This document shows, piece after piece, positions 49,062 through 58,392 of a stretch of 60,158 nucleotides of DNA; within the stretch, counting starts at the first letter, position 1; each line of letters begins with the position of its first letter. Below the pieces are notes generated by a model. The model ran no database searches. It worked only from the letters and a program-made list of their open reading frames with translations, and was not told where the DNA came from. Position numbers and translations under genes: made by a program. This DNA comes from Bacteroidota bacterium (GTDB lineage Bacteria > Bacteroidota > Bacteroidia > Bacteroidales > B18-G4), in the NCBI GenBank assembly GCA_013202965.1, contig JABMQZ010000235.1, forward strand, positions 1 through 60,158, given 5' to 3'.

Positions 49062-50114
49062 ATGCAGGTTAATGGAAGGGAATACAGGGCTGTTTGGATG
49101 GAAGGCTCCACTGTTTTCATGATTGATCAGAATGAACTGCCCTTTGAGTTTAAAATTGTTGAAGCACATCAGTACCAGGATACCTGCCATGCAATACGTA
49201 CAATGCTGATCAGGGGGGCAGGTGCTATTGGTGCCGCTGCCGGCTTTGCTATGGCACAGGCGTTTCTTCAGGCCCCCAAAAAGGGTACAAAGGAGTTCAT
49301 TTTGAATGCACGTTATGAAATCGAAGCTACCAGGCCTACAGCACGTAATCTGTTTTATGCCGTTGATCGTGTATTCAGGGCTGGAAGCGGATCATCAGAA
49401 CATGCAGTGATCGAAGCACAGGATATCGCAGATGAAGATGCCAGGGATTCGCGGAATATTGGCAAATATGGCAATGAATTGATCAAAGACGGATACAGTA
49501 TTTGCACGCATTGCAATGCCGGCTGGCTTGCTTTCGTTGATTATGGAACCGCCCTTTCACCGGTCTACCGGGCTCATAAGAAAGGCAAAAATGTTTTTGT
49601 ATATGTGGATGAAACACGTCCACGGGGACAAGGAGCTAGGCTCACGGCCTGGGAGCTTTTTCATGCCGGCATCCCACATGTGATCATCCCCGACAACGCA
49701 ACGGCTTCCCTCATGTCACAGGGCAAGATCAATATTATGATTGTTGGTGCCGACAGGGTGGCTGCAAATGGAGACCTTGCCAATAAGATCGGAACGCTTG
49801 AAAAGGCCATCATTGCACGTACATTTAATGTTCCATTCTATGTAGCAGCTCCCTGTTCTACCATCGACCTGGACTGCGAATCTGGCAGCCATATTACTAT
49901 TGAGGAAAGGGAAGAAGATGAGGTCCTTTACCAGAAAGGGATCGACAGGGAGGGGGAAATACATGAAATATTGGTATGTTCTCCCGGGTCCCATGCTTTC
50001 AATCCTGCATTTGATATCACACCTGCCCACCTGATCACCGGGATCATTACGGAGAAAGGCATTATAAAACCAGATGAAAGAAGCATTCTTTCATTATTCA
50101 CTGAAAATAAATAA
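49062..50114 (+). CDS. mtnA: S-methyl-5-thioribose-1-phosphate isomerase (eIF-2B alpha/beta/delta-like family)
   Basis: 350 aa. Carries IDQNELPFE and IRGAGAIGAAAG, in an MtnA-like layout. Confidence 0.85.
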   Translation: MQVNGREYRAVWMEGSTVFMIDQNELPFEFKIVEAHQYQDTCHAIRTMLIRGAGAIGAAAGFAMAQAFLQAPKKGTKEFILNARYEIEATRPTARNLFYAVDRVFRAGSGSSEHAVIEAQDIADEDARDSRNIGKYGNELIKDGYSICTHCNAGWLAFVDYGTALSPVYRAHKKGKNVFVYVDETRPRGQGARLTAWELFHAGIPHVIIPDNATASLMSQGKINIMIVGADRVAANGDLANKIGTLEKAIIARTFNVPFYVAAPCSTIDLDCESGSHITIEEREEDEVLYQKGIDREGEIHEILVCSPGSHAFNPAFDITPAHLITGIITEKGIIKPDERSILSLFTENK

Positions 50115-50247
50115 TCCACCTATGGAACTGACGATCAAAGCAGTACAGGCTACCGTAATGGTTGTCACCACTTCAGGGGTAACTGCTACCAGCTAAGGAT
50201 TTAAAATAAAAAGACAGGATTCAAAAATGGCAATTAATTGTTTCAGT

Positions 50248-50303
50248 TCGCTTCTCGATATTCGATATTCGTTTCTCGATATTCGATTCGTGTCTCGATT
50301 CTC
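50248..50303. repeat. Heptamer array (8 units) built on TCGATAT
   Basis: TCGCTTC TCGATAT TCGATAT TCGTTTC TCGATAT TCGATTC GTGTCTC GATTCTC. It abuts the stop codon of the gene ending at 50302. Confidence 0.9.
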
Positions 50304-50700
50304 AGAAGTGTATTTTATGATAATCAAAAGTTTGATTATCCCTGAATTTCTTGATCTTCTGTGCCAGAAAAATAAAAACATCCAGTTTATTCTTTGCCAG
50401 CCATGCCAATGCGGGTTCCTTCCCATTGCAGGCATCCGCAAAAACGATCAGAAAATCCATCTTGTGCTTTTTTAACCATTCGTAGGCTTTAACATTTCTG
50501 TCGATAGCACCATCAAGTGCAGCTAAATCAGGGTGTTTGTTGGCCATCAGCCAGTTAAAAGCTTCTTCGCTGCCGCGAATGGCACTGGAAAGTGCAGCCA
50601 ACTCAGGATATCCGTTTTTAAGCAGCCAGTTGTAGATCTTTTCGTTTTCATTAAAGGTTTCTCCAAAAGCAACCAATATCTTTGCTGGATAATTAAGCAT
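50302..50700 (-). CDS. Hypothetical protein with four ~25-aa internal repeats (xA(Y/F)xWLxxNxxPxLAAL)
   Basis: Repeats: KIYNWLLKNGYPELAALSSAI, EAFNWLMANKHPDLAALDGAI, KAYEWLKKHKMDFLIVFADAC and PALAWLAKNKLDVFIFLAQKI. I prefer the start at 50700 (28 nt after the radical SAM stop). The alternative ATG at 50763 would overlap that gene by 35 nt. Confidence 0.5.
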   Translation of the reverse strand: MLNYPAKILVAFGETFNENEKIYNWLLKNGYPELAALSSAIRGSEEAFNWLMANKHPDLAALDGAIDRNVKAYEWLKKHKMDFLIVFADACNGKEPALAWLAKNKLDVFIFLAQKIKKFRDNQTFDYHKIHF

Positions 50701-50728
50701 GATGCTCTGGTTTAAAAATGATACAAAT

Positions 50729-51508
50729 TTAGCCGAAAACTTTTGTTCTGATACCGGCTTCATTCACCCTGGCAGCTATCCGGTTCAGCTCCTCAAAGGA
50801 TATTTTTTCAATATTTTGTTCAGGTGTTGGGCGGTCAATGGGATAGATCATGACATATTCCGGCTTGATCTTTTTCAGGCGGAGAATCCAGGCTGTCACT
50901 TCTTCTTCAGATGAGTTGTCAATAACAGAGCCATTGTCCGTACCCCTGAGGAAAAGGCTTTGAATGATCAGCTTCCCATTAAAGCTGCATAGCATTTCTG
51001 TTAGCCTGTCGAGACTAAGTTTTCCTGAAGGCCGATTGATCCGTTGAAAGGTATCTTCCGTACCGGCATCAAGCTTTTGTATATTATTATCAATTTGCAT
51101 GAGGGCCTTGAAAACCTTTTCATGATGAAGCGTGGAGGCATTGGAAAGTACTGTAATGTTCACTTCCGGAAAATATTTATTCCTGAGCCTGATGGTGTCA
51201 TCTATAATTTCGGGAAATTCAGGATGAATTGTTGGTTCGCCATTGCCTGCAAAGGTTATCGCATCCGGAATTTTGCCTTCCTTCTGCAATATTGCGAGTT
51301 TCTTCTCAAGTAGCTTTCTGACAGTCCCCCGTCCCGGTAAGCCTGTATTATTTGCGGGTTTCTTATGCGTCCATCCACACTCACAATAAATACAGTTGAA
51401 GGTGCAGTATTTGTAATCCACAGGAAGCAGGTTCACTCCGAGTGAAACCCCGAGCCTTCTGCTCATTACAGGTCCGAAAACCGTTTCGTGAAATAAAAAT
51501 CCAGCCAT
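50729..51508 (-). CDS. Radical SAM protein of unknown specificity
   Basis: 259 aa. CxxxCxxC cluster motif CTFNCIYCECG, preceded by FGPVMSRRLGVSLGVNLLP. Confidence 0.85.
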   Translation of the reverse strand: MAGFLFHETVFGPVMSRRLGVSLGVNLLPVDYKYCTFNCIYCECGWTHKKPANNTGLPGRGTVRKLLEKKLAILQKEGKIPDAITFAGNGEPTIHPEFPEIIDDTIRLRNKYFPEVNITVLSNASTLHHEKVFKALMQIDNNIQKLDAGTEDTFQRINRPSGKLSLDRLTEMLCSFNGKLIIQSLFLRGTDNGSVIDNSSEEEVTAWILRLKKIKPEYVMIYPIDRPTPEQNIEKISFEELNRIAARVNEAGIRTKVFG

Positions 51509-51613
51509 GGCAAAGCATTTTGATAAAAGTAGTAAAAATTATATTATCACCGATCACTCATTTTTTCTATTTCAGCGAATAAAATATTTACTAATTTTGT
51601 TGATCGCGCTAAA

Positions 51614-52588
51614 ATGATATCCCTCGTTCAAATAAAGGAACCTGTAAAGGAACATATTGTTGAGTTTGAGAAGCACTTCCGTGCTTCCATGAAGAGCAAT
51701 GTACCCCTTCTCGACAGGGTGACAGGGTTCATCGTAAAACGAAAAGGTAAACAGATACGGCCTTTATTCGTTTTCCTGTCGGCTGAGATCGCCGGAGGTG
51801 TGAATGAATCCACATACCGGGGGGCTTCCCTCGTTGAATTGTTACATACGGCAACACTTGTTCATGATGATGTGGTTGACGATTCCAATGAGAGGAGGGG
51901 ATTTTTTTCCATCAATGCTTTATGGAAAAACAAGATCTCTGTACTTGTCGGAGATTATCTGTTGTCAAAGGGCTTGCTGTTATCGCTTGACAACAACGAT
52001 TTCGAACTGCTGAAGATTGTTTCCGATGCAGTCAGGGAAATGAGTGAAGGGGAACTTCTTCAGATTGAAAAAGCCAGAAAACTGGATATTAAAGAAGATA
52101 TCTATTACGAAATCATTCGCAAGAAAACGGCCTCACTGATCGCATCATGCTGTGCCTGTGGAGCGTATTCTGCCGAAGGTGATGAAATTGTTAGCGGGCA
52201 GATGAAACTTTTTGGAGAGAAAGTCGGCATGGCTTTTCAGATCAAGGATGACCTGTTCGACTATCAGAAGCTTAACAATACAGGCAAACCTTCCGGGATA
52301 GATATTCGCGACAAGAAAATGACACTTCCACTGATTTATCTGCTCAATAATTCTGACAGATCCGGAAAGCGCCGGATCATCAATACGATCAATAATCACA
52401 ATACGGATCCGGATAAGGTCGCCGAACTGATCAAAAAGGTAATCGATGGCGGAGGGATAGATTATGCCCACGATAAAATGCTGAAATATCGTGAAGAGGC
52501 CATCAGCATTCTGAATACCCTGCCGGAGTCCCCTGCCCGAAAATCCATGGCTGACCTGGTTATATTCACCACGGAAAGAGACAAATGA
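51614..52588 (+). CDS. Polyprenyl diphosphate synthase (long-chain, IspB-like)
   Basis: 324 aa. Two Asp-rich motifs, LVHDDVVDDS and FQIKDDLFDY. Confidence 0.9.
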   Translation: MISLVQIKEPVKEHIVEFEKHFRASMKSNVPLLDRVTGFIVKRKGKQIRPLFVFLSAEIAGGVNESTYRGASLVELLHTATLVHDDVVDDSNERRGFFSINALWKNKISVLVGDYLLSKGLLLSLDNNDFELLKIVSDAVREMSEGELLQIEKARKLDIKEDIYYEIIRKKTASLIASCCACGAYSAEGDEIVSGQMKLFGEKVGMAFQIKDDLFDYQKLNNTGKPSGIDIRDKKMTLPLIYLLNNSDRSGKRRIINTINNHNTDPDKVAELIKKVIDGGGIDYAHDKMLKYREEAISILNTLPESPARKSMADLVIFTTERDK

Positions 52589-52686
52589 TTGTCGATTGTT
52601 GATTTCGATATTCGTTATTCGATATTCACCTCACCCCCCCCATCCCCCCATCCCCTCTTCCAGCATCCAGCATCCAGCATGCAATT
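52589..52686. repeat. Heptamer word array (14 units) starting immediately after the stop codon
   Basis: TTGTCGA TTGTTGA TTTCGAT ATTCGTT ATTCGAT ATTCACC TCACCCC CCCCATC CCCCCAT CCCCTCT TCCAGCA TCCAGCA TCCAGCA TGCAATT. Confidence 0.9.
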
Positions 52687-52727
52687 TTTCCCAGCTGCCT
52701 GAGTTATTTATGAGATAGCTCTTCCTT

Positions 52728-53294
52728 ATGTACAAGACTTTGCTTATAGCTTTTTTATTGTTAATGAACGTAGCCCATAGTCAGGATTCCTATGACAATC
52801 AGGCTTGTGTGACTGATGAGGAATACCGTCTTTACCGACTTGTGAACCACTACAGGATAGAAAAAGGCCTACCTGCAATTCATTTGTCTGCCTCACTTTC
52901 TTATGTGGCGGGTGCGCATGTCTGGGATTTGCAGACCAACCATGCTGATCAGGGGAAATGCAATATGCACAGCTGGTCGGACTGCTGTTATAGCGAAGAT
53001 CATGAGAATGCACAATGTGTCTGGCTAAAACCGGAAGAGCTTAGCGTTTATGATGATTATGGTTATGAGGTCGCTTATTTCAACTCACGCACAGTCGGGG
53101 AGTATAAAGGAATGGCAGAAGCAGCCCTGGAAGGATGGAAGGGAAGTCCGGGTCATGATCAGATGATCATTAACAAATATGCCTGGAAACGAATGAAATG
53201 GAATGCCATGGGTGTGGGGATCTATGGTAATTATGCGGTTGTCTGGTTCGGTGAGATGCATGATCCTGCCGGGAAAGCTGAAAGATGCCACTAG
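52728..53294 (+). CDS. CAP (SCP/PR1-like) domain secreted protein
   Basis: Signal peptide. Carries GWKGSPGHDQMI and a C-terminal VVWFG pattern. Confidence 0.75.
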   Translation: MYKTLLIAFLLLMNVAHSQDSYDNQACVTDEEYRLYRLVNHYRIEKGLPAIHLSASLSYVAGAHVWDLQTNHADQGKCNMHSWSDCCYSEDHENAQCVWLKPEELSVYDDYGYEVAYFNSRTVGEYKGMAEAALEGWKGSPGHDQMIINKYAWKRMKWNAMGVGIYGNYAVVWFGEMHDPAGKAERCH

Positions 53295-53358
53295 GAAGTG
53301 CCTGATGCCTGGGGAAGAATTAATCCCGATTTCTGTTATCTTTGGAAAAAATATTAAT

Positions 53359-53973
53359 ATGAAGAAATCCATCCTCTCAATATTCTTAATATCCTTTTTC
53401 ATTATTGGATATGCACAAAAATTTGATGGCGGTGCAATGATCGGTATGGCGGCCAGCCAGGTTGCAGGCGACCGGTATTCAGGTTTTAATAAAGTTGGGC
53501 CGCTTGCAGGATTCTTTGTTAATTTCCAACCGGCCGAACGCTCATCTTTCCAGTTTGAGTTGTACTATGTTCAGAAAGGCAGTAAGAAAAATGCCAACTA
53601 TGCTAAAGGTGATGATGAATCCTACCTGCTGCGCCTGAATTATGTTGAAATGCCTTTGCTGTATAAACTTCATTTCGGCCGCTTTGCCATTGAAGCAGGA
53701 CCTTCACTGGCTTTTTTTATGGGTGGATATGAAGAAACAAACAGTGAGGACGTAAAGGCAGATGATTTTGCAGCAATGACATTCCAGCTTAACCTGGGTG
53801 TGGCTTTCAATATTACGGAAAACTGGATGGTCGACCTACGAACGAATAATTCTTTCACCAACCTCAGGAATGAGAGCCACACCGGGCATGTTTACCGTCT
53901 TGGCTCCTATGGGCAGTTCAATGATGTGCTCATGATAAGCCTGGTCTACCAGTTTTTTCATTTCGGAAAATAG
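53359..53973 (+). CDS. Outer-membrane beta-barrel (porin-family) protein
   Basis: I trimmed the ORF to the ATG at 53359 (MKKSILSIFLISFFIIGYAQ). Alternating beta-strand pattern, and an aromatic residue close to the C-terminus (...SLVYQFFHFGK). Confidence 0.7.
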   Translation: MKKSILSIFLISFFIIGYAQKFDGGAMIGMAASQVAGDRYSGFNKVGPLAGFFVNFQPAERSSFQFELYYVQKGSKKNANYAKGDDESYLLRLNYVEMPLLYKLHFGRFAIEAGPSLAFFMGGYEETNSEDVKADDFAAMTFQLNLGVAFNITENWMVDLRTNNSFTNLRNESHTGHVYRLGSYGQFNDVLMISLVYQFFHFGK

Positions 53974-54038
53974 GGAGGCAGAATTAGTTGAAATGGTTAA
54001 ATCAGTGACACTGGCTGAGGGTGTAAGCCGCCCACCGC

Positions 54039-54974
54039 CTACTGCCCAATGCCTTGTTCAATATTCCTTTTCAGTCTCTCATACCCTGTTCTTTCAACAG
54101 CAGTACCCTTAAAAAGTTCAGTAAAAGAGTCTTCATTCAGCCTTTCCCAGCCCGGGTCGTCCATGTCAAGGAATGCTTGTTTAGCTTTGAAAGCTGCTTC
54201 CTTATGAGGGAGGGAAAAACGGTTCCATGGGCATACATCCTGGCATATGTCGCAACCGAATACCCAGCCGTGAAGACTGTTTCCATTTTTATCCGGAAGC
54301 TCACCTTTATGTTCAATGCTAAGATAGGATATGCATTTCCCAGCATCAATAATTCCGGGGCTGATGATGGCCTGGGTAGGGCAGGCATCCACACAGCGCT
54401 TGCAATTGCCGCAATAATCATTCATTTCAGGCTCATCATAGGATAGATCGAGCCCGGTGATAATTACTCCTATAAAGAAGAAAGAACCCTTATCCCTGTT
54501 TATCAGACAGCCATTTTTCCCTATCCACCCCAGGCCGCATTTTTTCGCCCATGCTTTTTCCAAAACAGGCGCAGAGTCTACAAAAACACGGGCAGAGATC
54601 TCCCCGATCTCATCTTCAATCCTGAAAACGATCTGCCTTAGCTTTTCTTTGATCACATCATGATAATCCTTGCCGTATGCATATTTTGCAAATTTGTATT
54701 GGGTGTCGGGATTTTGAGTTTCTGCAGGGAAATAATTATAAAGTACGATGATCACCGAGCGCGCCCAATCATTTAACAAAACCGGATTCAGGCGTTTCTC
54801 AACATTCCTGTTCATATAACTCATCGTGGCATGATAATCCTTGCTAAGCCAGTCTTTCAGGATAGCAGATTCTGCATCCAGATGTGCGGCAGGGGCAATA
54901 CCACATGCATCAAAGCCATTTTCTTTAGCAGAATCTTTGATTAGTTTACTGATCTTATCCTTGATTTCAGACAT
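54039..54974 (-). CDS. queG: tRNA epoxyqueuosine(34) reductase
   Basis: 311 aa. Two ferredoxin-type clusters, CGNCKRCVDACP and CDICQDVCPWN. Confidence 0.9.
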   Translation of the reverse strand: MSEIKDKISKLIKDSAKENGFDACGIAPAAHLDAESAILKDWLSKDYHATMSYMNRNVEKRLNPVLLNDWARSVIIVLYNYFPAETQNPDTQYKFAKYAYGKDYHDVIKEKLRQIVFRIEDEIGEISARVFVDSAPVLEKAWAKKCGLGWIGKNGCLINRDKGSFFFIGVIITGLDLSYDEPEMNDYCGNCKRCVDACPTQAIISPGIIDAGKCISYLSIEHKGELPDKNGNSLHGWVFGCDICQDVCPWNRFSLPHKEAAFKAKQAFLDMDDPGWERLNEDSFTELFKGTAVERTGYERLKRNIEQGIGQ

Positions 54975-54982
54975 GGCTGTTG

Positions 54983-56008
54983 CTAGTCGAAGAGATCAGG
55001 ATGACTGCCTCCTTTGATCCTTCCCAGGTGCTTATATGCATTTTCAGTGGCTTCACGTCCACGCGGTGTCCGCATCAGGTAGCCTTCCTGTATAAGGAAA
55101 GGTTCATAAACCTCCTCTATCGTACCCCTTTCTTCTCCAACGGCAGTGGCAATGGTACTGATCCCCACCGGGCCTCCCTTGAACTTGTCAATGATAGTTA
55201 GCAGGATTCTGTTGTCCATTTCATCCAGGCCGTTCTTGTCGACATTGAGCGCCAGGAGGGCAATGCGTGCAATTTCCAGGTCAATCACACCACTGCCTTT
55301 TATTTGTGCAAAGTCTCTTACTCTTCGCAGAAGAAGATTCGCTATTCGGGGTGTTCCCCTGCTGCGCCTTGAAATTTCTATGGCTGCATCATTTTCCATG
55401 TGGACCTTCAGGATGCCTGACGATCTGTTCAGTATCTTTTCCAGGGTCGGGGAGTCATAATATGATAATCTGAGGTTGATCCCGAAACGGCTTCGGAGAG
55501 GAGCCGTTAGCAATCCTGAACGGGTTGTTGCTCCAATCAGTGTAAAAGGATTGAGTGCAATCTGAACACTGCGTGCATTAGGGCCGGATTCAATCATGAT
55601 ATCGATCTTGAAATCCTCCATGGCGGCGTAAAGATATTCTTCCACGACCGGGCTCAGGCGATGGATCTCATCAATGAACAGTACATCATGTTCCTCAAGG
55701 CTGGTAAGCAATCCGGCCAGGTCTCCGGGCTTGTCGATCACCGGACCGGAGGTGATCCTGATACTCGCACCAAGCTCATTGGCAATGATATGGGAAAGGG
55801 TGGTTTTTCCCAGTCCTGGTGGCCCATGTAACAATACGTGGTCAAGTGCCTCGTCTCTTTGTTTTGCTGCTTCGACAAAGATCTTCAGGTTTGCCACCAC
55901 TTTGGCCTGTCCTGAAAATTCAATGAATTCGGCCGGCCTCAGGACTTTTTCTAATTCAAGCTCTGCCTGACTGAGATGCTCTCCCCCCGGATCAAGATTT
56001 TCGTTCAT
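54983..56008 (-). CDS. ruvB: Holliday junction DNA helicase RuvB
   Basis: 341 aa. Walker [10 protein letters not shown] and Walker [11 protein letters not shown]. Confidence 0.97.
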   Translation of the reverse strand: MNENLDPGGEHLSQAELELEKVLRPAEFIEFSGQAKVVANLKIFVEAAKQRDEALDHVLLHGPPGLGKTTLSHIIANELGASIRITSGPVIDKPGDLAGLLTSLEEHDVLFIDEIHRLSPVVEEYLYAAMEDFKIDIMIESGPNARSVQIALNPFTLIGATTRSGLLTAPLRSRFGINLRLSYYDSPTLEKILNRSSGILKVHMENDAAIEISRRSRGTPRIANLLLRRVRDFAQIKGSGVIDLEIARIALLALNVDKNGLDEMDNRILLTIIDKFKGGPVGISTIATAVGEERGTIEEVYEPFLIQEGYLMRTPRGREATENAYKHLGRIKGGSHPDLFD

Positions 56009-56156
56009 GAATGAATAATTAATTCTAGATATACAAAACTACAAAATCCATTGTTGTATGCCTAAAATTGAAAATATTTTGCAATAAAAGCCTTGCGAAA
56101 TTAGTTTAATTTATGTATTTTTATTATTTTAGCATGGGATAGTGAATTCTTAAGTC

Positions 56157-56990
56157 ATGAAAAACCTGCTGGTAGCCATCGATTTTTCCAGAAATGCGAT
56201 CCAAGCTCTTGAGTATGCCCTCATGTATGCAGATCGTTTTAATGCAGATATATCACTGATCTGGGTGGATAATTGTATCGGACCCGACCTGATGGTAGAA
56301 AGAGCAGATGGTGAATCCCGCTATGAATCCCGTGAACTTTTAAAGGAGATCATAGATAAATATCAAAGCAAATTCCAGAAAAGGAACATCAACTTTAAGC
56401 TCAGGAAAGGAAAGGTGTACGAGGAAATTTCAAAGCAGGCCAAAAAAAATGGTTCTGATCTGATCTTTGCAGGAACACACGGAATTACCGGTTTTGAAGA
56501 ATATTGGATTGGCAGCAATGCCTACCGTATTGTTACACATGCTCCTTGTCCTGTGGTTACCCTCCGTCAGGATTTTAAGTTTGGCAAGACTGTCAAAAAC
56601 ATACTTATGCCTATTGATGGCTCGATGCAGTCAAGCAATAAAGTGAAAATTACTGCTGATATTGCAGAAGCGTTTGGGGCAGAAGTTCAGGTGTTGGCTT
56701 TACATACATCCAAACTTGGCTCATTGAGAAGACAGGTAGATAAACACCTGGGCATTGTAAAGGAGCATCTGGATAAAAATAACATAAATCATACTATTAG
56801 TGAAGTCAGCACTAAAAACCTGACACAGGATACCATTGATTTTGCCGCCAAAAATAAGGTTGACCTGATTACCATCATGACAGAACAGGAAACAACACAG
56901 GCCAATGTTTTTCTGGGAACTTTTGCGAGGCAACTGGTCAATAATTGCCCGGTGCCGGTTCTGAGTATCCGGACATCGGTGGTGGGTTAA
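56157..56990 (+). CDS. Universal stress protein (tandem UspA domains)
   Basis: 277 aa. Carries LIFAGTHGITGFEEYWIGSNAYRIVTHAPCPVVTL. Paralog of 57453..58301. Confidence 0.85.
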   Translation: MKNLLVAIDFSRNAIQALEYALMYADRFNADISLIWVDNCIGPDLMVERADGESRYESRELLKEIIDKYQSKFQKRNINFKLRKGKVYEEISKQAKKNGSDLIFAGTHGITGFEEYWIGSNAYRIVTHAPCPVVTLRQDFKFGKTVKNILMPIDGSMQSSNKVKITADIAEAFGAEVQVLALHTSKLGSLRRQVDKHLGIVKEHLDKNNINHTISEVSTKNLTQDTIDFAAKNKVDLITIMTEQETTQANVFLGTFARQLVNNCPVPVLSIRTSVVG

Positions 56991-57006
56991 ATTTAATATC
57001 AACAGC

Positions 57007-57441
57007 ATGCGTTTATCCGGACTTATATTGATATTTATCTTAAGTGCAATGTCTGTGAATTTATTCTCGCAGGCAGATGGGAATGGCCATGTCGTAATCG
57101 TTCAGGATCCCAGGATTGACACCATACTGACTAAGCACCTTGAGATGAATGAGGCTCTCTTGTTGAATGCTGATAACTATGCAATTGATGGATACAGGAT
57201 CCAGATATTTGAGGAATCAGGCAATAAATCCAGTACCAGGGCCCGTGAAGTAATGTCAGAGTTTTCCTCCAAATACACCGATATGCCCATCTACCTGACC
57301 TGGCAGGCACCAAATTTCAAGGTCAGGGTGGGAGATTTCAGGACAAGGATGGAGGCAGAAGGCTTTCTAAGGAAAATTAAAAGAGATTACCCCATCGCGT
57401 GGGTGATCAGAGATAAAATAAAATTTCCGAGTATCAACTAA
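57007..57441 (+). CDS. SPOR domain-containing protein
   Basis: Signal peptide. C-terminal GYRIQIF...FKVRVGDFRTRMEAEGFLRKIK, which is a SPOR-like pattern. Confidence 0.75.
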   Translation: MRLSGLILIFILSAMSVNLFSQADGNGHVVIVQDPRIDTILTKHLEMNEALLLNADNYAIDGYRIQIFEESGNKSSTRAREVMSEFSSKYTDMPIYLTWQAPNFKVRVGDFRTRMEAEGFLRKIKRDYPIAWVIRDKIKFPSIN

Positions 57442-57452
57442 AACATACGGTT

Positions 57453-58301
57453 ATGAAAAAAATATTAGTTGCCATCGATTTTCTTGACTGCTCAATCAAT
57501 GCCCTGGCACATGCTGTTTCCATTGCAGAAAAAGCGGGGGCTGATATCGAAATGGTTTGGGTAAACATGCCCGATCATTCCAAAGAAATATTTAAATGCG
57601 ATCCTGATTCCCTGCTCATTGAGGTTGAAAAACGCTTCCATGAACTGATCGAAGATTTTGCTCCTGAAATGGGCAAAGGGAAGATGAGCTTTAAGATCAA
57701 AGACGGGAAAGTATATCGTGAAATTGTTAATGAATCTGAGGAGTACGGAGCTGATCTGATCGTTGTTGGAACCCATGGCTCTTCCGGTTTTGAAGAGTTT
57801 TGGATTGGCAGCAATGCCAATAAGATCGTTTCTGCTACTGACAAGCCGATCATCACAATCAGGGGAGGGATAGATATACAGCGGCCATTGAACAAGATCG
57901 TGCTGCCGCTCGACAGCACTGTTGAAACACGGCAAAAGCTACCCTTCACTACTGAACTGGCAAAAATTCACGATGCAGAAATTCATGCTGTTTCTATTTA
58001 TACTGCCAAAGTATCCGACATTCGGTACAGGGTGGATACCTATACCGACCAGGTAATTGAATATCTGGAAGAAGTTGGAGTTAAGTACGTGAGGACTGCC
58101 ATTGAAACCAGCAATCTGACCAAGGCAACCATTGGTTATGCTGAAAAGATCGATGCCAATATGATCTCCATCATGACCGAACAGGAACGGACCACCGCCA
58201 ATCTCTGGCTCGGCCCATTTGCCCAGCAGATGGTGAATCATTCGCCATTCCCGGTGCTCAGCATCCATCCCAGGGAGCTGATAAGGTCATTGACCAGATA
58301 G
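57453..58301 (+). CDS. Universal stress protein (tandem UspA domains)
   Basis: 282 aa. Carries LIVVGTHGSSGFEEFWIGSNANKIV. Confidence 0.85.
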   Translation: MKKILVAIDFLDCSINALAHAVSIAEKAGADIEMVWVNMPDHSKEIFKCDPDSLLIEVEKRFHELIEDFAPEMGKGKMSFKIKDGKVYREIVNESEEYGADLIVVGTHGSSGFEEFWIGSNANKIVSATDKPIITIRGGIDIQRPLNKIVLPLDSTVETRQKLPFTTELAKIHDAEIHAVSIYTAKVSDIRYRVDTYTDQVIEYLEEVGVKYVRTAIETSNLTKATIGYAEKIDANMISIMTEQERTTANLWLGPFAQQMVNHSPFPVLSIHPRELIRSLTR

Positions 58302-58336
58302 GCCGCTTGTTGAATGTGTGGTAATTGAAAATTAAA

Positions 58337-58372
58337 AAGGGATGCCATCCTTATAGGGATGGCATCCCTTTT
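58337..58372. terminator. Bidirectional intrinsic terminator between usp (+) and fba (-)
   Basis: 14-bp stem AAGGGATGCCATCC / GGATGGCATCCCTT, flanked by an A-run and a T-run. Confidence 0.85.
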
Positions 58373-58392
58373 ATTAAAGTGGTGAATATCAG

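Noticed and set aside
50115-50196. In-frame extension after the mtnA stop (STYGTDDQSSTGYRNGCHHFRGNCYQLRI*) and a 24-codon sORF (ATG 50122, MELTIKAVQATVMVVTTSGVTATS*) near the radical SAM gene
   Set aside because: There is no read-through context, and the sORF is on the opposite strand from the radical SAM gene (convergent). There is no promoter box and no conservation evidence. It would need comparative or Ribo-seq support.
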